A stretch of 64,000 nucleotides of DNA, from contig BQFW01000005.1 in the NCBI GenBank assembly GCA_020891255.1, positions 310,001 through 374,000 of the forward strand. The letters run 5' to 3'. Below, in pieces: positions 1 to 9,892 of this stretch (its first letter is position 1; every line of letters begins with the position of its first letter). The DNA is from Entomortierella parvispora E1425. Lineage: Eukaryota > Fungi > Mortierellomycota. Both the position numbers and the translations under genes were made by a program. The notes under the pieces are model-generated. The model was given only the letters and a program-made list of their open reading frames with translations, did not search any database and was not told the DNA's origin.

Positions 1-1841
1 GCCACACCGATCTTGTGCGCCGTATTGGAGACATCCAGGCTTCTCAATTTCTTAAGTCCCGCCAATTCATCCAGGCCAGATGCGAGCGAAAGGGAAATGC
101 ATTGAAGCTGTTCTGGCTGCGGAGCTGCAGAAGAGATTGCCCTGTTCCTCCCCGGCATACGGGTGATTGGGGACTCCTTACTGCGGGGACCATGTCCAAG
201 GCAGAGCTCCTTGAGCGAGGTGAGCTGCCCCAGTTGGCCGTATATCCTTTGGATCTCATCTGTCGCGTCATCCTCTTCGTGCGAGACCAAGGCGCTGACG
301 ACAGTCGAGCCACTTCTTAGGCGAGTAGTCCAACCAACGAGATCTGATCGCGGGATCCCTCCGATATTAATTGCAAGGGACTCGAGCTCCAAGCATGCCC
401 ATGACGACGGGGCACCAACATCAGAGTTCAAAGGCGCTGCAGCCTCGCTCTTGACTGGCGCAGCTTGGCCATCGCTCGCCTGGATTGTCTCTCCGGTCCC
501 CTGAGCCACGACAGCGCTCTCCACGATGGGATCAAACAATCCACCAAAGTCCATGGGCTGATACCGGATGTGATGAGCCGCGATTGACAAGTCGAACTCT
601 TGAACAAGCGGACGGGAGAAGGTCAAGCCGCTCAACATCTTGAGGTTCTCTGCAGCAACTAAAAAGTCCTGCAAGAACTCCCCATCGAAACCGGAGACTC
701 CCTCGACCACCAAACTCTCGAGCATTGGCGCGCCACTGAGAAGAAACGACCTTGTGCGGCCCCCAATCGTTCCTGACGGCGACAGGGAGAGGTGCTGCAA
801 CATCACCCCCTCCAGAAAAAGGCCGGCGATTTCGTCTGTCACTGCCGGGACGTCATAACAGAGTTCCTTGAGACTCTTCAGTTGAGTGCTGACAATCGAG
901 CTCATACGAGTTGGTGCCACTGACCAGGCAAGATTGCGATGGATCTCAAGCGTTTGGAGGTTTGGGCAGCGTTGTAGGAAGGCCACCAAAAGTTCCTCTG
1001 CGACCAAACCACTTACAGAAAAGTGCCCCAAAGACGGCAGAACAGGTACTGAGTCGTGAACACTAAACATCCAGTGTTGCACATTCGCTGACCAGTTGAC
1101 CACGTCGAAGTCCACGAAAAGGGACTGAAGTGCCCGTGACTGGATCCAGAACAAAGCACAGCTTAATCTAGGATCACTTGCCATAGCAGGGTGCAGCCTC
1201 CCAACGCCAGAGAGAGATAGGTGCCTTAGTCCACCTGCTCGACGAACGACCTCCAAGATGGTATCCAGCTCCGATGACACCAGAGGCTGAACTCGAGGAA
1301 AGGCTAAATGAACCGATTTCAACTTTTGCATCGCTCTTTCGGTTCGACCAGAGAGCAACATCTGGCCGTGGACCACTCCTTGCGAACTCTCGAACGATCT
1401 CAGTTGGTCCAAGGAGGCTTGGAAGGCTAACTGGGAAGAGGCTCGGAGGAAACGTCGGCATTGGACAGGCGAATACAGGCGAACGTCGCTCCAAAGTTCT
1501 CGAGTCCACATTCCGTTCCACTGCAGAGAGACCCTGCAACACCTGGCAATGCTCGCATGCCCAAGGTAGGTTGCAATCGTAGGGGTAATCTCTGGAGGCA
1601 AGTAGTTCCAGGAGGTGATGCGAGGCGCGGGGACGAGGGCGAAAGAAAGGACAGGAGAAGGCTCCTGTTGGACTGTGTGTTCAACGACAGTCTGAACTCG
1701 CTCGCGTGTGAGTTGCTGCTCCCAAACAGATCTCCATGTTCTCGACACCAATTTACAGTTGAGTTTATCCTCCTTGGAGAGATAAATGCAAATGAAAGAA
1801 ACAACCTCAGGCCAAAGAAGATCCCAAGAACTGTTGGTCAT
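1..1841 (-). CDS. Tandem F-box / LRR-like protein (copy A), 3' end runs off the window
   Basis: Manual translation from ATG at 1841 (MTNSSWDLLWPEVVSFICIYLSKEDKLNCKLVSRTW...WNYLPPEITPTIATYLGHASIARCCRVSLQW...) is open to base 1. It has two F-box-like motifs followed by LxxLxL repeats and is paralogous to 28620-30635. It is missing from the ORF track because there is no stop inside the window. Confidence 0.85.
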   Translation of the reverse strand, partial: MTNSSWDLLWPEVVSFICIYLSKEDKLNCKLVSRTWRSVWEQQLTRERVQTVVEHTVQQEPSPVLSFALVPAPRITSWNYLPPEITPTIATYLGHASIARCCRVSLQWNGMWTRELWSDVRLYSPVQCRRFLRASSQLAFQASLDQLRSFESSQGVVHGQMLLSGRTERAMQKLKSVHLAFPRVQPLVSSELDTILEVVRRAGGLRHLSLSGVGRLHPAMASDPRLSCALFWIQSRALQSLFVDFDVVNWSANVQHWMFSVHDSVPVLPSLGHFSVSGLVAEELLVAFLQRCPNLQTLEIHRNLAWSVAPTRMSSIVSTQLKSLKELCYDVPAVTDEIAGLFLEGVMLQHLSLSPSGTIGGRTRSFLLSGAPMLESLVVEGVSGFDGEFLQDFLVAAENLKMLSGLTFSRPLVQEFDLSIAAHHIRYQPMDFGGLFDPIVESAVVAQGTGETIQASDGQAAPVKSEAAAPLNSDVGAPSSWACLELESLAINIGGIPRSDLVGWTTRLRSGSTVVSALVSHEEDDATDEIQRIYGQLGQLTSLKELCLGHGPRSKESPITRMPGRNRAISSAAPQPEQLQCISLSLASGLDELAGLKKLRSLDVSNTAHKIGV

Positions 1842-2213
1842 AGCTGTAACGAGAGTGGTTGGTGGACGTTGTTATTATTGTCTTTAGAGAAGATACTATA
1901 GAGTAAGTTCACTTGGAGACTTGATCCAGGTCAGAGAAGACAGAGTGGGCCAGGCGGGAGAACAAGCGAGAGAAACGGGCGAAGCGCGGTGGCAAATTCA
2001 GAGCGGCAGAGACGGCGCGAGTCGTATCGAGGGGGGGTTCCTTCTCTTGAGGAATCAACAATCAGACAGACAGACAGACAAGCAATCAGACAAGCAATCA
2101 GACCAATCAGGCAATGAGTCTTCACGTTGATGCAAATGCACGCGTGCAATGAAGAAGAGAGATTGCTGATGAGTGAATCCCTTTTCCCAGCGGCACCCCT
2201 TTTATATTTTATA

Positions 2214-3080
2214 TTTACATACGGCCCGCACGCGTCAACGGACAATGGACGTTCTCAATGGACATTCCGCGCACATACCCCTTCAAAGAACAGTCACCTC
2301 TGGCGCAGCACTTGAGCCACCCATGTACCATAAAACACATGTCCTTCTGTCATTCCCTCTTGCTCATCAACCAAACCCTTCCGAATGAACTGCACTACTT
2401 TTGGACGCCTACAACGCAACGACTCCTTAGTACTTCGATCTGGCGGAAACCACTCTCACTTCGATCCCGATCCGGCAACACTACTATTATCACTCTCAAA
2501 GACATGCCTTTCTGCTGGTTTGCTTTTTTTTTTGCTGCTGTTTTTTGCTGTTTTTGCTGTTTTTGCTGTCGTTGCTTGTTGTTGGATGTTGGTTGGATGT
2601 TGGTTGGTGTTTATGGTCGGTGTGGGTTGTGGGTTGTGGGTTGTGGGTTGTGGGTTGTTGGCTGTTGGTTGTGGGTTGGTTGGTGTGTTGGTGTGTTGGT
2701 GTGTTGGTGTGTTGGTGCGTTGGTTGTTGGTTGTTATTTGTTCTTTCTTTCGTTTCTCCCCCATGTCTTGCTCTCAGGTCGACCGCTGCCCTCTTACACC
2801 CCCGCCCCCAGTCAGCGAAGGACGACCTGCGTCGTAGGTGCCCCCCTATCTGAATTTATTCTAGTCGCTGCTCGAAGAGGTGGGCGTGTAGGGGAACTAC
2901 TTCAGGCGTCGCTGGGTTAACTTATCGGGATGTGTCTTCGACCTGACCGGCACCCAAGGTAAGTCAAGGTAAGTGGGGTGCGATGGCCTGCCGCCTGCTC
3001 GTTGGCGTGCCCTGCACAACCTGTTCACCTCTCTTTATTCAAACAGAGGCGACAGTTGACTGAGAGCAGGCCCAAATAGA
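2214..3080 (+). repeat. Direct repeat A1 (LTR-like, ~0.87 kb) with GT-rich microsatellite core and 3' ribozyme-like end
   Basis: Near-identical to 6072-6887, 31009-31840 and 34827-35660. All four begin near TTTACA and end at GCAGGCCCA(G/A)ATAGA. Confidence 0.9.
2975..3072 (+). ncRNA. HDV-like self-cleaving ribozyme candidate (A1)
   Basis: P1 GGGGTGC/GTGCCCT with G1.U wobble; P2 GGCCTGC/GCAGGCC; P3 GCC/GGC; L3 TGCTCGTT; P1.1 GC/GC; P4 hairpin; J4/2 ACTGA with putative catalytic C3060. Confidence 0.7.
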
Positions 3081-3176
3081 AATTGTTTTTCTTATGGCGA
3101 ACCAAATAAATATGATATAACTCAACCATTCTCTCCCTCCCCCTCTCCCTCTCCCTGGGTACTGGCCCGCCATGAT

Positions 3177-3614
3177 GTGGTTGGCGTTCAATTTGCTGGA
3201 AATCTGGGGTGTCGGTCGGTTGCGAAATCGGGAACCCCTTCAACGACGAATTACAACGATTTGCCCTTGGATGATTTCTGCAAGGTTATCCAAGCAGAAG
3301 TCAAGTCGCTGGTGGCCACCCGTTTGCCTGTCCCATCTGACTGGATCTTTTCCTACAGCAACTACCCTCTTTCCAACTCGAGATTGCCGGCCAAGGAGCT
3401 CTTGGCCCTGTCACTGGAAAAAGTCCATGGGTTGATGGCACAGGAGAACCAGGGAATATCTTCAAAGATGCAGTACTCAAGACCTGTGCCTGGCAACAAC
3501 AGTGGATGCGTGGGCTATCTAGAGCCTGGTTCTCTCACCCACAGGGCCTCCCACATCGTCCAGTGCCTCGACCAAAGTCAACAGCAACAAGACCTTCGTC
3601 TAAAAAAACTGTGA
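3177..3614 (+). pseudogene. Decayed ORF of unknown function inside element A
   Basis: Coding-like stretch (NDLPLDDFCKVIQAEVKSLVATRLP...). The homologues at ~31990-32368 and ~28090-28240 differ by indels and stops. Confidence 0.35.
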
Positions 3615-3897
3615 TGAATGCCTTCTTTTATGATCGAGAGGCTGGTCCTTCCTTCTCTTTCCCGTCTGAACTCCAATAAATCGAGTCGACTCTACAAAAC
3701 AAACAAAGACCCCTCCCAGCATTCCAAAGATAATAATAAAAACGCCTGACATTCATCACCTCACTGCATCCTCGCTCTTCTATCGGAGGACTCAGTCCAG
3801 TCGAGTAGCCGTCGAGGATCGTTCAAGAGCTCATAATTGGTCTTTCATTGCCATTAAAGTCATGCTTGACAATTATATCACTTTATTGGCAGTAGCT

Positions 3898-3974
3898 GGG
3901 GTGAGATGGTCTGCCGCCTGATCGCTGGGGCGCCTTTCCCTTCGAGAAGAGAGAGGGTTGACTGAGAGCAGGCC
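3898..3974 (+). ncRNA. Divergent internal HDV-like ribozyme candidate (A-int)
   Basis: Same register as A1, with L3 TGATCGCT and P1.1 GA/TC (compensatory change), P2 GGTCTGC/GCAGGCC, a shorter P4, and J4/2 ACTGA. P3 and P1 each have a terminal mismatch. Confidence 0.5.
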
Positions 3975-6071
3975 CAAAGAGTCATAGATTCCTTTGTAGT
4001 AACATGAACAAAGAATGATCGAGCTTCAACAGCGTTTCCACTTTGTCATGTAAATCCGGGTTTCCTGACTTTGATCGCGATTCGTAGACAATCCTTTGAA
4101 CGACCAGCGCGGCTCATTTCGAATCCGTGAAAGTTTTTACTTTTGGTCTCTTGCCAAATGTGGATCGGCAAAATGGCTCACCAAATGCTCTGTGGAATGC
4201 CCAACGTGGAAGGATTTTGTGGCCATGGCGCTCAGGGACAAGGAGACGGTAGAGGATCGTTGGTTGGGTGCTGGCGCGGATTTCGAGGAACTCATTTCCG
4301 GGATTTGGTTGACGAGGTTTTCAGTGAATCTTCTTGTTTCAGCTTTGGCCGTCAAAAGGTCCTTGGTACGAGAAGGCCTATTAGTTGTCAATGAAAAAAA
4401 GGTGGATTTAGCCGCATTGACAACAACCCCAGCCCATGGAGGCTGGAGCAGGAGGGGGGGAGATGAAAGGAATAGACCGGATTGCTGACTGCTGGGAGTG
4501 ACTTGAGAGGCAGCGCAACACAAGATTCTCACCCCCGACACAAGAGCGTGCTCCTGTCCATCCCCGACAGAAACAAAACTCGAGCATCTTGACCCCAAAC
4601 ATATCCCAGATAACGCACTAACGACAAAGGTACTGCTCCCTACTCGCAAGCAAGTAGAGAAAAGAGGCTCAGCTACACGGCCTCACAGCACTCGCTTTGC
4701 CCTCATAGCCGGTCCGAACCACCTTCCTTCTTATCCAACGACGTGCCAAGAATAACAGACCCATCCTGCTCCGTGAACACGACAGAAGGACTCCAAACGA
4801 AAGCCGATGGAACTCCGTAAATGAGAATATGCCCAGAAGACAACGCTGGTCCACACACATCCTCACCGACTTGCGACCTCCCCAAACACCTTGCGGCAAG
4901 ATCACAACCCAGTGAGAGAAGAACGGGGGAACATGACATACGAACGAAACAAAATAAATAGAAACGCGTCTGCCGCTGACCGAAGGTTGAGTACCCCTCC
5001 AACACCTCCAAGCGGGAATCCTCAATGACGGGTTGCTGGTTAAAGCAACGCGTTGAAGTCAACTCTTCCCTAAAGCGGTACAAAGTCTCCTTGACCTCAA
5101 CTCCTCCTTTTCGCTGGTCTTGACAAGAACCAAGAGAATTCAATGGAGGCCCTTCATTCCATGTCCAGAGTCATGCAGGCAAGAAAATGTAAACAGTGTT
5201 CACATGGACCCGGGTGAGGAACGCCACCTGCACTCCCAAGCCCCGACACAGCCATTACTTCTGTTTTCCGCCTGCCAAAGAGACATTCAGGGGGCAATGC
5301 CTCTCATTCTGCGCTTGGAACGTCGTTGAAGCGGTTGAAATGACCAGTCCTTCCCTGTTACATACCCCTTCAATGGCGATTGCGCACAATACCGCAGCCG
5401 GTTTGCAGCTCCCCGGAGTAGCTGCCTCTCAGCAATAAACACGATACTTACCTGCCCGGGTATCCCACGGCGGCAACGTGGCGGAGTAGGTGGCCCATGG
5501 TGGGCGAAAGGCGAGGAGCAGTGGCCCTCGCGTGCGCGCGTCGTTTTGGGCCAACTTCAAGAATACAAGCCACCGAGAATGAAAGTGTCACGTGCGTCGT
5601 CCCTTTCGTTCGAATTTCTCTTCTGATGAGATGAAAGGACAGCATGGAGTCCGATGATGTCCTCGCTCGGAGCACTTCGCTCATGATTTTTTGCAACACG
5701 CACCGGGGAGCGAATCCCCGGCGAGCACGACCTAGAGACGCAGCAATTACGACTGATGAAGAATACTACCTGAAATCGCCTTTGCTACAGAATAATACCT
5801 GAAGTCGCATTTGCTACAGAGCAGCAAGTGCGATGAAGGTAGGTGTCAACTCGGGGCGAGAGGAGTCGTTTTTTCATTTCGCGAACAACGAGAATGGCGA
5901 CCAGAATGTGATGCCGCCCATCATGATGCCAAAAATCGCGTGTGGGGTATGTCAATTCGATCTGATACAGGATATTTGTCATGATCGAGGATTCCCCCCC
6001 GGTTTTGACTGGCGCGAATTGACTATCGCTGGCCTGGCTTGACTCCCCGATCTCCTGCTTCCACGACAGCC

Positions 6072-6887
6072 TTTACATGCACCCGACGCGTCAATGGACG
6101 TTCTCAATGGACATTCCGCGCACACGCCCCTTCAAAGAACAGTCACCTCTGGCGCAGCACTTGAGCCACCCATGTACCATAAAGCACATGTCCTTCCGTC
6201 ATTCTCTCTTGTTCATCAACCAAACCCTTCCGAATGAACTGCACTACTTTTGGACTCCTACAACGCAACGACTCCTTAGTACTTCGATCTGGCGGAAACC
6301 ACTCTCACTTCGATCCTGATCCGGCGACACTGAAATCTATTACTCTCAAAGACATGACTTTCTGCTAGTTTGCTTTTTCTTGCTGCTGTTTTTGATGTTT
6401 TTGCTGTCGTTGCTTGGTTGGATGTTGGTTGGTGTTTATGGTCGGTGTGGGTTGTGGGTTGTGGGTTGGTTGGTGTGTTGGTGTGTTGGTGTGTTGGTGC
6501 GTTGGTTTGTTGATTGTTGTTTTTGGTTGTTGTTGGTTGTTGGTTGTTGGTTGTTGTTTCTTTCGTTTCTCCCCCATGTCTTGCTCTCAGGTCGACCGCT
6601 GCCCTCTTACCCCCCCGCCCCCAGTCAGCGAAGGACGACCTGCGTCGTAGGTGGCCCCCTATCTGAATTTATTCTAGTCGCCGGAAGTGGGCGTGTAGGG
6701 AAACTACTTCAGGCGTCGCTGGGTTAACTTACCGGGATGTGTCTTCGACCTGACCGGCACCCAAGGTAAGTCAAGGTAAGTGGGGTGCGATGGCCTGCCG
6801 CCTGCTCGTTGGCGTGCCCTGCACAACTTGTCTACCTCTCTTTATTCAAAGAGAGGCGACAGTTGACTGAGAGCAGGCCCAGATAGA
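6072..6887 (+). repeat. Direct repeat A2
   Basis: Second repeat of element A. It ends at CCCAGATAGA, followed by unique sequence. Confidence 0.9.
6782..6879 (+). ncRNA. HDV-like ribozyme candidate (A2)
   Basis: Core identical to A1. P4 contains a perfect CCTCTCTTT-ATTC-AAAGAGAGG stem. Putative catalytic C6867. Confidence 0.72.
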
Positions 6888-7171
6888 GCTCGATTATATT
6901 GTCACCGAATCAGCCTTGCCTTCCTGTTGTCTTTTGTCCTTCTTCTAGATCTCTGTCGTATAAAACAACAACAAATGAATGGATATTTATTATGACTTGC
7001 ATGAAAAATAAAAGAGAGAAAGGAAAAAAACTAGTGAACAGAACAGGAGGGGGCAGACTTGTCTCTTATTCTTTTTAGAAACAGGTAGGCAGGCCTTGGG
7101 CCTGGGGGTATTCAAAGAAAAAAGACGGAAGAATGGAAAGAACAGGAAAGAAAGAGCACCATAAAGATCCC

Positions 7172-9436
7172 TTACAAATCATTGGCCTCGAGCCAAGACT
7201 TGCGTCCCATGGGTCGACGGACTGGTGGCAAAGGAGGTTGTTCCTCCCATTCGGAGGCAGAGTCCATTGCCATCTCTGAGGGACGAGCACGCTTATAGTA
7301 GCGCGACGAAGTTGAGAATGAACCGTTTTCCAGAGCTGGAGCGTCATTCACCAAATCTTGGGCCTGCTGATGGTGATCGAGCTTTTCGCGCAACATTTGG
7401 GACTCGTGTTGTTCCTGAATCTCTTGCAGCTTTTGTTCCAAAGAAATGGAGGTGGTGGAAGGGGGCGTGTAGGCTAGGTCCTTGGCGCGCTGACGTTCAA
7501 TCTCGGCCCGGACTCGGTTTTGTTGTTGAGAGCTGTGGTTATCAGATGAAGACGAAGCGATCTCACGAGAGATGCGGCGCATGGGCGCAGGCACGGCAAT
7601 AGGGCGTTTAGAAGGCGAGACCATGGTAAGGGCGATCGAGCTCTGGGTGGTGGTAGAGGTGGGTCGTTGGATGGATCGCCGTTGTTCAAAGTTGGCAAGT
7701 CGTTGTTGAGGCGTCAAAGGTTTTCTGGCGGACAAGGGTGCTGCAAGACGATGGTGTTGGGGCTCAATAGGATGACCATAGCCATCGACTTCATGATGAT
7801 CCTCCAGTCCGCTTTCTTCAGCCTCTGTGCGTGAGTCGTATGCAGAGTGATAGGATCTGGTACCGTAGCCCGCACCTTCCATGCGCTTGCGTTTCTCGCC
7901 AATGTTGGGCGAATGGGGTGTTGTGAGTGGTTTTGTTGATTTATGAATCTCAATCGGGCTGTAGTGTCTGATCGGCGTCAACTTGACTACGGTCTGTTGA
8001 CGCAGGCGTCTAATCTCCTGCAGTTCTCTCAACTAGATGAAAATAAAAAGATGGCAAAAAAGAGATTAATACTCATTTTCTTGCCCTTTCTCTTGTTCAT
8101 AAAGCCTTTTCATCCCAATGAACCCTCTCGGACGAAAGACGATCAGTACCCTCTGCGTAGCACTCTTCAGTGTTACCTCGTCCTCTCGTGCTTTGGCCGC
8201 TTTGATGTCCTCCAAAACGAGCTCCTTCTGTCTCCTTTCCTGTTCATAGTGTTCTCTTTCCTCTGCTCTTTTGTCTGTCTGCAACACAATCTGAGCTGAA
8301 CATGTCAAAGGTTTCGTTGACTTTTTCGGAACAAACAGCGGAGCGCGATGGGCAGGAAGAGGAAGGGCCTTGAATTGGTGCTCTTTCTCAATCTGTTTCC
8401 ACTTGACCAGCTTGTTCTTGAACTGTTCCTGGTGCCGTTCTCCTCGACTTTGTGTCCTGAGATTAAAAGGCTGAGGAACCGTCAATTTGGGCTTTGTGAC
8501 AGGGGCATGATGAACATGAGCATGGTGTTGCGGCCTCGCTGCCGCGGCTCGTTGAGATGAGGCGACAGTTGCGCCTGTGGCAGGTCGGATACGGATAGGG
8601 CCTGCACCACCTCTTGAAAGTTGTGTGGCCCTAGAGGACAAAGTACTTGCTGTCGTCGAGTGCAACGATGCCTTGTCTTTACTCAATCGCCTGGCCGACT
8701 CTGCTGAATTAATCAGTCCTCGCTCTGTAATCCCTGAGCGATAGCTCCTGTACTGTGTCTGTGGTTGCTGCGAAGGGATGCGGGGCCGAGCAATTGGGTG
8801 TGCGCCAAAAGATGTTCCTTTATATGGGTGATAACTGCTTGAATTTGAGGTGGTTGTGGGTCCAGAATGAATAGCGCGAATCCTGGGTTTGCTGAGTTGA
8901 GGTGACTTTGGTACTGTGAGGGGTCTCTTTGCCACCTTTGGGATCCCGGCAGCTCCAGCTCGTTCGACGACCTAAGAAATAATCATCCCATATGGTTTCA
9001 TATACTGGTTAGGATAACAAGACTACAGAAAGAGAAGTAAACATGACGACTCTGGGTGCGTTATTCCCACTGTCCTTACCCTGTGGTTGCCGATAGTGCC
9101 GTTCCTTCCGCGCTGGGTCATATCCTGCAAGATGCGAGTCTCGTATGAGTGAGCGCTGTTGTTGGCTTGTGGGTGCTTGCAGTTGCAGCTGGCAGAGAGG
9201 CCTTCGGTCGTTCCAGAGGGCACGGTCTGTTCCTGGGCAGCTTCGTCCGAGGTGTCGATGACGCTCTCGAGGTCGTGATTAGGGTGGCTGTTATGGGCTG
9301 GGTATTCGTCGTGCTCAAGGTGGTCGTGGTGATGATGGTGATGGAGAGGAGGAGGGAGAGGGGGATTGAGCTCGTGCTGGTCGTGGTGGAGCGGATGAGG
9401 ATCTGGATGGTAATGGGATGTGTGAGAGAGAATCAT
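7172..9436 (-). CDS. TPX2/WVD2-like microtubule-associated protein (spliced)
   Basis: KLTVPQPFNLRT, FKALPLP, KKSTKPLT and ELQEIRRLRQQTVVKLTPIRHY...KSTKPLTTPHSP match the TPX2 C-terminal motifs. GT-AG introns join the three ORFs in frame. Confidence 0.75.
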
Positions 9437-9892
9437 TGGGCTCAACTGCGGTAATGGGGGGAGAGCGAAAATGAGGATGTTGTTTATCAGAAAAACGCGC
9501 GTGTTTTTTTTTTTGTTTGTTTGATTGATGGTTGCTTGAAGGAATGGGTTCAGTGCGATGAAGGATGGGGTGGTTCAGGAGACAAGCTGAGCTGAAGAGC
9601 AGGAGAGATCAAGAGACGACAGTGAAGAGGAATAATACAAAGAAGGAGCGACTGTTGGCGGGAAGTGGGTGAATGAGTGCAGCCAGAAGAGGAAGAGTGA
9701 AGGGCACGTCTGAAGGAGAAGAAAAGCAAAGAAAGGAACGAACGGAGGGACGGACAAACGCGACTGACGTGGAAAGGGTCACGTGCGTCCTTTTTTTTTT
9801 TCTTTCTTTTTTTCTTTCCTTTTTCCTCTCTCTCGCACTCTCCTCACCTTCATTCATCCCTTCCTCTGTCCATTGACATTCATTCCTTCGCC

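Larger units (their letters stand above)
2214..6887 (+). mobile_element. Non-autonomous direct-repeat element, copy A (retrozyme-like; no RT or integrase ORF)
   Basis: Structure is repeat - ~3 kb internal region - repeat. A second full copy lies at 31009-35660. The right boundary with unique DNA is sharp in both copies. No TG..CA ends or target-site duplication seen. Confidence 0.6.

Noticed and set aside
2258-2920. C/V/G/W-rich and N/Q/P/T-rich ORFs in all four direct repeats
   Set aside because: These are translations of the GT-rich microsatellite; frames and stops differ between copies.
5753-5830. CTGATGA...GAAA resembling a hammerhead ribozyme core
   Set aside because: Stem II is only 2 bp (A-U closing). 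The only stem III partner (GCGA) is followed by UG, which is not a cleavable UH, and no stem I pairing was found.
2214-6887. Canonical LTR retrotransposon, DIRS/Ngaro or Helitron
   Set aside because: No TG..CA termini, PBS/PPT, TSD, or RT/YR/Rep ORFs. The minus-strand TC start fits an A|TC Helitron site in copy B only, and there is no CTRR end.
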